A program made the position numbers and the translations under genes. The notes under the pieces are model-generated. The model worked only from the letters and a program-made list of their open reading frames with translations. It was not told the origin of the DNA and ran no database searches. From assembly GCA_022601195.1 (NCBI GenBank), contig JAHZIX010000008.1, positions 167,429 to 231,428 on the forward strand: a stretch of 64,000 bases of DNA, written 5' to 3'. Origin of the DNA: Deltaproteobacteria bacterium (lineage in GTDB: Bacteria; Acidobacteriota; Thermoanaerobaculia; Multivoradales; JAHZIX01). Shown piece by piece: positions 1 to 7,724 of the stretch (its first letter is position 1; every line of letters begins with the position of its first letter).

Positions 1-446
1 CAGCCGGAACCCGTTCCAGATTCCAGCTGAAACGCAACCTATTACTGGCCCTGACCTTGATTCTCTCGGGCCGGGCCATGACCCTGATCTTCATTGGGCA
101 AGCCGGGGGAGCAGGCCCTGGTGATCCTCCAGCAGCATGGCTCATGCCCCTGGTCGGCGATGCTGTCATCGGGACCACTGCCCTCCTCGTAGTGCTATCG
201 ATCTGGCGTCCGTGGGGAGTCTTCGCATGGACGACAGCTATCGTGTGGAACTCCCTCGGCATTTGGGATGCACTGTCGGCATTCTTGATTCACAAGACAG
301 CGCCATGGCCGACCTTCTTCATGATCGAGATCTTTGGCTCCTCCATGTTCTTTGCCGCCTCCGGGATGCATGTCTTGTGTATCTATCTGCTGTGCCACAA
401 AGAGATTCGCAATAACTTCTTTCGCCTCGCCTCCCCCAGCCCCTAG
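1..446 (+). CDS. 5'-truncated hypothetical integral membrane protein
   Basis: Frame is open from position 3 (AGTRSRFQLKRNLLLALTLILSG...) to TAG at 444-446; about 4 hydrophobic segments; true start is outside the window. Confidence 0.7.
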   Translation, partial: AGTRSRFQLKRNLLLALTLILSGRAMTLIFIGQAGGAGPGDPPAAWLMPLVGDAVIGTTALLVVLSIWRPWGVFAWTTAIVWNSLGIWDALSAFLIHKTAPWPTFFMIEIFGSSMFFAASGMHVLCIYLLCHKEIRNNFFRLASPSP

Positions 447-490
447 AAAGCCCCAAAAACAGCAAAGCCCATAAAGAAAAGAGGTAACCC

Positions 491-1288
491 GTGACCATTC
501 AGTGTGAGATATGCGGAAACGGCCCGGAAAAAGTGATCGCCCTCCACGATTGGATGTCGACCCATCGTAGCTTCGAAGATGTGCAGCCCTACCTGAGCCA
601 GGATCGATTTACCTATGCATTCGCCGATCTGCGAGGCTACGGCAAGTCCCGAGATCTCCAAGGGAAATACAGTGTGCAAGAAGCCGTAGGAGATGTCGTC
701 GATTTGGCCGCATTCTTGGGATGGGAGAAATTCCATGTCCTAGGGCATTCCATGAGCGGCATGGTCGCTCAGAGACTCTCCTTGGTGATACCGGATCGTC
801 TCGAGTCTCAGGTCCTGGTAACACCGGTCACCGCCTCGGGAGTGCCTCTCGACGAGGAGGGCAGAAAATTGTTCGAGGGGGCAGTGAACGATGATGAGCT
901 TTGGGAAGCTGTCGCCCGTGCTGTCACCGGCGATCGCCTGGGGGCTGGCTTCTACCAACGAAAACTCGAGCAACATCGCGCCGCCGTCGATCCGGAGGCC
1001 TTTGGCTGCTACCTGGAGATGTGGACTGAAACCAATTTTTCCGCCGAGATGAAAGGGTTGAAAACCCCAACTTTGGTGATTGCGGGGGCTCATGACTTTC
1101 CTACTTTTTCGAAGGAAGGCTATGAGCAGAGCATTGGGCAGTGGTATCTCGACTCACGGATCGATCTATTCGCCAATGCCGGGCACTACCCCATGAGTGA
1201 GACTCCACCGTATTTCGCTCAGACGGTAGAGGCATTCTTTCAAGCGAGCTCCGGGCGAGCCTCTTCAACGAGACAAACCCACTCCTAG
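491..1288 (+). CDS. alpha/beta fold hydrolase
   Basis: GAGG RBS at 481-484 then GTG; ADLRGYG, nucleophile elbow GHSMSG, GAHD acid, AGHYP His. Confidence 0.9.
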   Translation: MTIQCEICGNGPEKVIALHDWMSTHRSFEDVQPYLSQDRFTYAFADLRGYGKSRDLQGKYSVQEAVGDVVDLAAFLGWEKFHVLGHSMSGMVAQRLSLVIPDRLESQVLVTPVTASGVPLDEEGRKLFEGAVNDDELWEAVARAVTGDRLGAGFYQRKLEQHRAAVDPEAFGCYLEMWTETNFSAEMKGLKTPTLVIAGAHDFPTFSKEGYEQSIGQWYLDSRIDLFANAGHYPMSETPPYFAQTVEAFFQASSGRASSTRQTHS

Positions 1289-1481
1289 AAAGGGGTCGGC
1301 TGTGAGCTTGCCCAGGCTTCCGGTGAGAAATGAATCGTTGTGATGCTGTGGTCGAAGGGCTCCGCAAAGTCCTACTAGCGGTGCCGGAGATATCTCCGAA
1401 GGGGAAGAGAGCCTGCCCCACTTCGAGCTGCTCTCTCCCCCCCCCCTTCACGCTAGTCAACAAAAGGGCAATTCCTGCCTA

Positions 1482-1781
1482 CTAGCACCACTTGCTCACT
1501 ACGCAGCTCTGAGAGAGGATGCACTCCCCATGCCTGGATGCTTGAGCCTCCAGTTCGGGCAAAGTCTCATTCTCACAGATGCTCTCGTTCGGCGCATTGA
1601 GAGACCGAAAGGCACCATTCGGCAGCCCAGTCTCACAGTCCTTCAGGACGAGAGTGGCTTTCCAATGGCAGCTTCCACTCGGTTCCGGTACCGCGCTTGC
1701 CACGGTCGGGCGCAAAGCCAGACCGCCCCCAATCATCATCACCACCAGACTCAATAGAACCAGCGTTTTCCAACTCTTCAT
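1482..1781 (-). CDS. small secreted cysteine-rich protein (99 aa, 6 Cys)
   Basis: GGAGGA RBS just upstream of ATG 1781; signal peptide MKSWKTLVLLSLVVMMIGGGLALRPTVASA; 6 Cys in the mature part, which ends in KWC. Confidence 0.8.
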   Translation of the reverse strand: MKSWKTLVLLSLVVMMIGGGLALRPTVASAVPEPSGSCHWKATLVLKDCETGLPNGAFRSLNAPNESICENETLPELEAQASRHGECILSQSCVVSKWC

Positions 1782-1939
1782 AGCTATTCCTCCTCCAGAG
1801 AAAAGAGCCACTCCTCGATGGAGCAACCCCGAGAGCTCAACTCGCGCTCCTCTGAAGAGCGCTTCCTAGAGCCCCCTACATCGAGTTTTGGTCGGTGGCT
1901 TTACATCGCCCCCAACCTCGAAGAAAGGCGTCTATATGA

Positions 1940-1969
1940 AAGAACGGGAAAGTGAAGTGAAACTCATCA
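1940..1969 (-). promoter_or_regulatory. putative ECF promoter TGATGA-N17-CGTTCTT upstream of the 6-Cys protein
   Basis: Minus-strand TGATGA gtttcacttcactttcc CGTTCTT has the same TGA-N20-CG geometry as the elements at 58630 and 63266; lies between the ECF gene and the small gene. Confidence 0.45.
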
Positions 1970-2112
1970 ACTGACTTGAAAAATTTCGCATAAGAAGTCA
2001 GATTCACTAGAACCTTGAGCGGGCAGTATCCTTGCCGTCGAAGGTTCGGTTCGCACGAACCTGTAATATTGGAACGGAGACCGAAGGGCCGGAAACACCG
2101 CGCTCAGGAGCG

Positions 2113-2658
2113 CTAGTGCAGCTCGCTCCGCAACCAGGCCCTGGCCATCTGCCACCGGCGTGAAACCGTAGCTGTCCCTAAACCCAGAAAATCGGCAATT
2201 TCCGGAATCGTTAGACCGCCGAAATAGCGGAGCTCGACAAACTGCGCCGCTTCAGGATCGAGGTCCGCGAGACGCTCGAGGGCTTGATCCAAAGCCAGAA
2301 AGTCGAGGTCTACGGCGGGCAGTTCCACTTCTTCGAGGGCCACCGTTTTGCAAGCGCTACCCCGCTTCAGAGTCGCCTTGTTCCGAAAACGATCAACCAG
2401 AATCTGACGCAAGATCTTCGCTGCTAGAGCAAAGAATTGGAGCCGATTTTCCCAGCGAAGGGAACCGTTTGCTTCCAACTTCAGATAGGCCTCGTTGACT
2501 AGCTCCGTTGGCTGAAAGGTGACGTTCTCCCGCAAGCGCAGTTGACGGTCAGCGATCCTGCGCAGCTCCGGGTAAATTCGCTCGAACAGCCGGTCCGCGG
2601 CCCCCGACTCACCCTCTTGCCACGCCTGCAGCAAGATCGTGATGTCCCTGGATTCCAC
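2113..2658 (-). CDS. ECF RNA polymerase sigma factor, TIGR02999-like (kinase-associated type); no adjacent kinase
   Basis: DITILLQAW, YPELRRIA, FQPTELVNEAYLKL, RQILVD, VELRYFGGLT, TVSRRW; GTG 2658 with GAGGA RBS preferred over the longer ORF. Confidence 0.92.
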   Translation of the reverse strand: MESRDITILLQAWQEGESGAADRLFERIYPELRRIADRQLRLRENVTFQPTELVNEAYLKLEANGSLRWENRLQFFALAAKILRQILVDRFRNKATLKRGSACKTVALEEVELPAVDLDFLALDQALERLADLDPEAAQFVELRYFGGLTIPEIADFLGLGTATVSRRWQMARAWLRSELH

Positions 2659-3067
2659 CTCGTCCTCATCGCCCGCCAATGGCTTCCCTCCCCAACTTGC
2701 TCGCTGAAGCTCTCGCTGCCAACAACCCCCATGGTCAGCTCTTGCTGCCGAGAACCGCTTCCCAATCAGCAAGGAAGGATTCTCTAACCTGAAAGATAGC
2801 CGGAATATAGCAGGCTTCGAATACAGGGGGCGAGGCAGACCATATTGGAAACCGTTTTCCTGAAGAGAGTAGTCCAACAGAAGAATCTCGACCGTCTGCT
2901 GTCGTCACCGAAAGGAGTTTCTGCAGGAAAACTGTAGATTCCAGGGCCTTGTTGACTAAGCGACTCGACCTCTCCGTTGAACCCCACCTCGACCCAAAAG
3001 AGAATCTGCGCCCCTTGAGCAGGCCAGGACGAACCAGGAGAATCTCTATATTCTTGGAAAGTTGGAA

Positions 3068-3145
3068 TGGTACCGAGAGGCGGGCTCGAACCGCCGACCT
3101 CCTGATCCACAGTCAGGCGCTCTAACCAGACTGAGCTACCTCGGC
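3068..3145 (-). tRNA. tRNA-His (GUG), CCA encoded
   Basis: Cloverleaf GCCGAGG-TA-GCTC-AGTCTGGTTA-GAGC-G-CCTGA-CTGTGGA-TCAGG-AGGTC-GGCGG-TTCGAGC-CCGCC-TCTCGGT-A-CCA. Confidence 0.97.
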
Positions 3146-3156
3146 ACAGGAGGGGA

Positions 3157-3185
3157 ATCCTAATCTTTTGCCTTTTCCATGTCAA
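3157..3185 (-). promoter_or_regulatory. sigma70-type promoter of tRNA-His
   Basis: Minus-strand TTGACA (3185-3180), 17-nt spacer, TAGGAT (3162-3157), 11 nt upstream of tRNA position 1. Confidence 0.8.
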
Positions 3186-3238
3186 AGTCTCCGGGAGGGA
3201 TCGGCTCACAGGGGAGCCGGAAGGGATCGAGATGGAGC

Positions 3239-4291
3239 TTAGGGGGCCGCAGGGACCGCTTCGAGGAGATTCTCGGAAAATCGGCATCCGGAGTCGAGCC
3301 AGTGGCGCTGAAATCGAAACCCTCCTCGAGTAGCGAGGGTGCTCAGCTGGTCGAGATCGTATTTGTGGGAGCTCTCCGTATGGATGCTCTCGCCGGCTTC
3401 GAAGCTGACTTCCAAGCTGAGCTCGCGGATCGGCACCTTTTGGGCCTTCCGGCTCACCAGATAGGCTTCTACCCGCCCTAGAGAGACGTCATAGCGGACT
3501 TTGTAGTCGAATTGGGTGATATCGAACTCTCCCCCCAACTCCCGGTTGATGCGCACCAACAAATTGAGGGTGAACGCACGGGTGATCCCAAGGGTGTCGT
3601 CGTAGGCCGCCAGGAGCTCGCCTTGATCCTTCTTGAGGTCGGCTCCGAGCAGGAAGTGCTCCCCCGGGGCAAGGGCGCGGCGTACCTCCTCGAGGAGGCC
3701 CAAAGCGCTCGCTGCATTCAGATTGCCGATGGAAGAGCCCAGAAAGAGAACTAGATTATGGGTTCCATCGGGAGATCGCTCTTCTTTAGCCAGATAGTCC
3801 AAGGCTCGCTGGTAGTCCGACACGAACCCAGTGATGGAAAGACCGGGAAAAGCGGTCAACAACTCTCGGGAGCTTTTTTCGAGAGCGGACTCGGAAACGT
3901 CGATCGGTAGGTAGCGAAGGCTCCCTTGACGCTTCAGGATGGCCTCGATGAGGAATTTCGTCTTGGTGGAGCTCCCACTACCGAGTTCGATGAGGCGCAA
4001 GGGAGAGGGAAGGCAGTCCACTAGATCGCCACTGGAGGTTTCTAGGATCTCGCTCTCGGCCCGCGTCAAATAGTACTCCGGCACCAAAGTGATGGCGTCG
4101 AAGAGAATCGAGCCCAAAGAGTCGTAGAGTAACCGAGGGGGAAGTTTCTTGGGAGAGCGGCTCAGACCAATGCGCACGTCTTCTGCGAACCCTCCGGGAG
4201 CCTGCGAGGTCTCCAGCCGGAAGAGAGTCAAGCGATCGGAAACCTGTCGCCGTCTGCCTGGCGAGCGGGAAGACTCCCTCGAGCCCGTCAT
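3239..4291 (-). CDS. egtD: L-histidine N-alpha-methyltransferase-like (EgtD / Methyltransf_33 family)
   Basis: PKKLPPRLLYD, PEYYLTRAE, IELGSGSSTKT, FLGSSIGN, AYDD, IHTESSHKY; ATG overlaps the aroDE stop (ATGA at 4291-4288). Confidence 0.85.
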   Translation of the reverse strand: MTGSRESSRSPGRRRQVSDRLTLFRLETSQAPGGFAEDVRIGLSRSPKKLPPRLLYDSLGSILFDAITLVPEYYLTRAESEILETSSGDLVDCLPSPLRLIELGSGSSTKTKFLIEAILKRQGSLRYLPIDVSESALEKSSRELLTAFPGLSITGFVSDYQRALDYLAKEERSPDGTHNLVLFLGSSIGNLNAASALGLLEEVRRALAPGEHFLLGADLKKDQGELLAAYDDTLGITRAFTLNLLVRINRELGGEFDITQFDYKVRYDVSLGRVEAYLVSRKAQKVPIRELSLEVSFEAGESIHTESSHKYDLDQLSTLATRGGFRFQRHWLDSGCRFSENLLEAVPAAP

Positions 4292-5766
4292 TTGGAAAGG
4301 CCCGCTGCCAGGCCAAGAGCTTCGCTGACAGCTTCCCGGGGCAACTCCCTCCCGGTCATCAGCCGGAATTGAACCACCGCCTGGTGGAAGAGCACTTCCC
4401 GACCATCTACGGTGATCCACCCTCGCTCTTGGCTCTCCTGTACTAGAGCCGTCGGGGACTCGCCGTAAACCATATCCACCACCATGGCCCTTTTTGGTAA
4501 CCGATCCAGGTCGAAAGGTAGAGGATCTTCCTCGGAGCGACCCAATGGCGTAGCGTTGATGAACAGATCAAAGGCCTGGGGTTCCAGGTCCTCTAGCAGC
4601 AAGAAGGGAAGCCCTAAGTCGTAGGCTGCCCGCCTCCCCCGTTCGGCACTGCGATTTGCCATCACCACCTCCGCCTGTGCATGCAGCAGACCGACCGCTG
4701 CGGATCGACCAGCACCGCCGCAACCGACGACCACCGCTCGGCGCCCCTCGAGGGAAATACCTCTCAACCGCAATGGCTCGACAATGCCCGCGGGATCGGT
4801 AGATTCGGCCTCCCACACTCCACTATTCCAAACCAGAGTGTTGGCTGCTCCAATGCGCTCCGCAAGGGGGCTCGACGCGCCGGCTACCGCCAGGGCTACT
4901 CGTTTGAAGGGGGAGGTGACGCTCAGGCCCCGTAATGGCAGACCGATGGCGCTCAAGGCCTCGCTCTCCACCACCTCCAACCAAAAGTCGCCAAAAGACT
5001 CAGCATGAAAGGGGATGTAGAGAGCCGGTAAGCCCAACATGGAGTAGGCACGATTGTGAATCAGGGGTGACAACGAGTGCTCCACCGGGCAACCGGCAAT
5101 ACCGAAGAGGACCTCTACCGTCGGAAGGTTGGGCAATCCGAAGTGACTCCGGAGTCGCTCTACCGTGGGCTGCCCTGGCGCTCCCGGCGCTCCTCCGGCA
5201 GCACCGTAGACCACTGGGGCCCCTAGATGGGGCGCCACCAGCCGGCTCCAAGCTCCACTCGCACCCGAAGCAAAGGACACGACATCCGAGCGCTTCAGTT
5301 GAGCCAGCATCTGTAGGGGCGCCAGCTCTTGTCCGGCCTGCTGAGCCTGAGGAATCAACTTGTAAAGCAGGGCTGGAGTCCCAGCCATTTTCGAGCAACG
5401 ACGAGCCAAGTCGATGGGATCAGCAGCCGATCCGTGCCAGGACAGGATTCTCTGGGGTCCAGGAATGGCCGCCAACACTTCGGCACCGAGATCTCTATCC
5501 GCCTCTAGGTCGATCAAGTCGAATCCTGCCCGAGCTGCGGACACTAGGGCCTCAGCTCGGCGGGCCGCACCACCACTGAACTGCCCGCCTTCGGCGGAGC
5601 TACGGAGGGTGTACAGCAACTGGCCTGGAAACTGGCTCCGGAGCCACTCCAAAGAGAGCTCACCCGTTAGATCCGCCCGCACCTCCAGGATCGCAACCTC
5701 GTCGAGGTTCGCGGATGCCAAGGTATCGGCAGAGGTAAGGGTCGCAACAAGCTTAGGTTTTTGCAC
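4288..5766 (-). CDS. aroDE: bifunctional type I 3-dehydroquinate dehydratase / shikimate dehydrogenase
   Basis: DHQase I motifs EVRAD, YTLRS, LSWH, YKL, APGQ; SDH motifs HSLSP, SVTSPFK, GAANTL, STD, GCGGAG, NATPLG, DMVY; GTG 5766 start is approximate. Confidence 0.9.
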   Translation of the reverse strand: MQKPKLVATLTSADTLASANLDEVAILEVRADLTGELSLEWLRSQFPGQLLYTLRSSAEGGQFSGGAARRAEALVSAARAGFDLIDLEADRDLGAEVLAAIPGPQRILSWHGSAADPIDLARRCSKMAGTPALLYKLIPQAQQAGQELAPLQMLAQLKRSDVVSFASGASGAWSRLVAPHLGAPVVYGAAGGAPGAPGQPTVERLRSHFGLPNLPTVEVLFGIAGCPVEHSLSPLIHNRAYSMLGLPALYIPFHAESFGDFWLEVVESEALSAIGLPLRGLSVTSPFKRVALAVAGASSPLAERIGAANTLVWNSGVWEAESTDPAGIVEPLRLRGISLEGRRAVVVGCGGAGRSAAVGLLHAQAEVVMANRSAERGRRAAYDLGLPFLLLEDLEPQAFDLFINATPLGRSEEDPLPFDLDRLPKRAMVVDMVYGESPTALVQESQERGWITVDGREVLFHQAVVQFRLMTGRELPREAVSEALGLAAGLSK

Positions 5767-5988
5767 AGGGGAAGAGCCGGAGAGTTTGACGGCATTACAC
5801 CAGGGGTCCCACAAGCTGTCAAGGAGACCGTCACCCGTGGGCGCTTCCCAAAATCGGCCAAAACCCAAATCGGGCCCCCAAGGCAACAGCTAGGAGAATA
5901 GGTAAGGTCCTTGGGACGGACCGCCTCGTGGTACCATCTCCCGGTTCCGCCAACCGCTATATCTGCCAAGACTAAGGAGAAATTCGTG

Positions 5989-7665
5989 ATGAGCGAGGAG
6001 GCCCGGGAAATCCTTGAGCTCGACGTCGTTTTCGTCGGCGCTGGGCCAGCCAGTATGGCCGGCGCCTACCACCTGGGGCGACTAGTTCAGCAGCACAACG
6101 AGACCGCAGAGAAGGCTCTCGAAGTCGAGATCGCCATTCTGGAGAAGGGCAAGGAAGTTGGAAGCCACGCTCTCTCCGGCGCCGTCGTTGACCCCAGGGC
6201 CCTCAAGGAATTGTTTCCGGAGGACTGGCAGAGCGCTCCCTTCGAAGGCGAGGTGGCGAGCGACAAGTTGTGGTGGATGACTCGGGGCAAGGCCTTTCCC
6301 ATGCCGGTGCCACCGATGCTCAACAACTCAGGGAAGTATGTCGCCTCCTTGGGCAAGCTGCTCAAATGGATGGAGAGTAAGCTCGAAGACGTTGGCGTCG
6401 ACGTATTCTGTGAATTCCCTGCAACCCAAGCACTCTTCGACGGAGATCGCGTCATCGGAGTCCGAACCGGTGACAAGGGGGTCGACGAGCACGGCGAGCA
6501 AAAAGCCAATTACGAGCCAGGAGTCGACATCCACGCCAATGCCGTCGTTCTCGGCGAAGGCCCTCGTGGCACCCTGGCCAAGCAACTGGAATCCAAGCTC
6601 AATTTGGGAGACGGCAAGAACCCACAGATTTACGCCATCGGCATCAAGGAAGTCTGGGATCTGCCCCCCGGCAGAATCAAGGCCGGCGAGGTGATCCACA
6701 CCATGAACTGGCCCCTCGGGTTTAGCACCTTCGGCGGCGGCTTCATCTATGGCATGAAGGACGACCAGCTGATCGTCGGCCTGGTCGTGGGCCTGGACTA
6801 CAAGAATCCCTTGCTGGATCCTCACGAGGAGTTTCAGCGATTCAAGACTCACCCTCGCCTGCGCGCCCTGCTCGAAGGAGGCAAGATGGCCTTCTACGGC
6901 GCCAAGGCTCTTCCGGAAGGGGGTTGGTGGTCCATGCCCAAGCTCTCCGGCGACGGTTTTGTGCTCTGTGGCGACTCGGGAGGTTTTCTCAACAGCCAGA
7001 GACTCAAGGGAATTCACCTGGCCATGAAATCGGGCATGTTGGCAGCCGAGACGATCTTCGAAGGCCTGGTCCAGGGGGAAGTCTCCGCAACTTGCCTGGA
7101 GGGCTACCAGCAACGCGTCGACGAGAGCTGGATCAAGAAGGAGCTCTTCCCGGTCCGTAACTTCCACCAGGCCTTCGACAAGGGACTCCTGGCCGGCATG
7201 GTTCAGGCGGGACTGGGCATGGTAACCGGTGGCCGAGGCTGGGGGTTCAAGGATCGCCTGACCACCGAGGCGGGGCACGAGCGCTTACAACGATTGGACC
7301 AGCCGGGAGCACCACCGGAACCTCAGCGACTGGCCTTCGATGGTCAGCTCACCTTTGACAAGCTATCGGACCTCTACAACTCCGGGACCAGCCACGAGGA
7401 AGACCAGCCGGTTCACCTGTTGGTCGAAGACACCAACATCTGCGTCGATCGCTGCGCCAAAGAATTCGGCAACCCTTGCCAGCATTTCTGCCCGGCTCAG
7501 GTCTACGAGATGGTCGAGGACGAGTCCACCGCTTCCGGAAAGCGACTGCAGATCAACGCCAGCAACTGCGTTCATTGCAAGACCTGTGATGTCATGGACC
7601 CGTATCAGATCATCACTTGGGTTCCCCCGGAAGGGGGAGGCGGGCCGAACTACAGCAAGATGTAG
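5989..7665 (+). CDS. electron transfer flavoprotein-ubiquinone oxidoreductase
   Basis: AAGGAG RBS; VGAGPA FAD motif, GSHALSGA, KGIHLAMKSG, C-terminal 4Fe-4S motifs FCPAQVYE and NCVHCKTC, PPEGGGGPNY. Confidence 0.95.
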   Translation: MSEEAREILELDVVFVGAGPASMAGAYHLGRLVQQHNETAEKALEVEIAILEKGKEVGSHALSGAVVDPRALKELFPEDWQSAPFEGEVASDKLWWMTRGKAFPMPVPPMLNNSGKYVASLGKLLKWMESKLEDVGVDVFCEFPATQALFDGDRVIGVRTGDKGVDEHGEQKANYEPGVDIHANAVVLGEGPRGTLAKQLESKLNLGDGKNPQIYAIGIKEVWDLPPGRIKAGEVIHTMNWPLGFSTFGGGFIYGMKDDQLIVGLVVGLDYKNPLLDPHEEFQRFKTHPRLRALLEGGKMAFYGAKALPEGGWWSMPKLSGDGFVLCGDSGGFLNSQRLKGIHLAMKSGMLAAETIFEGLVQGEVSATCLEGYQQRVDESWIKKELFPVRNFHQAFDKGLLAGMVQAGLGMVTGGRGWGFKDRLTTEAGHERLQRLDQPGAPPEPQRLAFDGQLTFDKLSDLYNSGTSHEEDQPVHLLVEDTNICVDRCAKEFGNPCQHFCPAQVYEMVEDESTASGKRLQINASNCVHCKTCDVMDPYQIITWVPPEGGGGPNYSKM

Positions 7666-7724
7666 GAAGGCAGGTGGGGGTGAGGCAGCAGGGACAGAGC
7701 AAGTCCGGAAAAGCTCTTCTGCGC

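Noticed and set aside
2659-3287. Extended ECF N-terminus (to 2877) and ORF 2784-3287
   Set aside because: A better RBS/start exists at 2658; the second ORF runs through the tRNA gene and looks non-coding
6328-7278. Long antisense ORFs (6328-7278, also 14605-15480, 21353-22159, 58964-60055)
   Set aside because: Shadow ORFs opposite well-supported genes, expected from GC-rich codon bias
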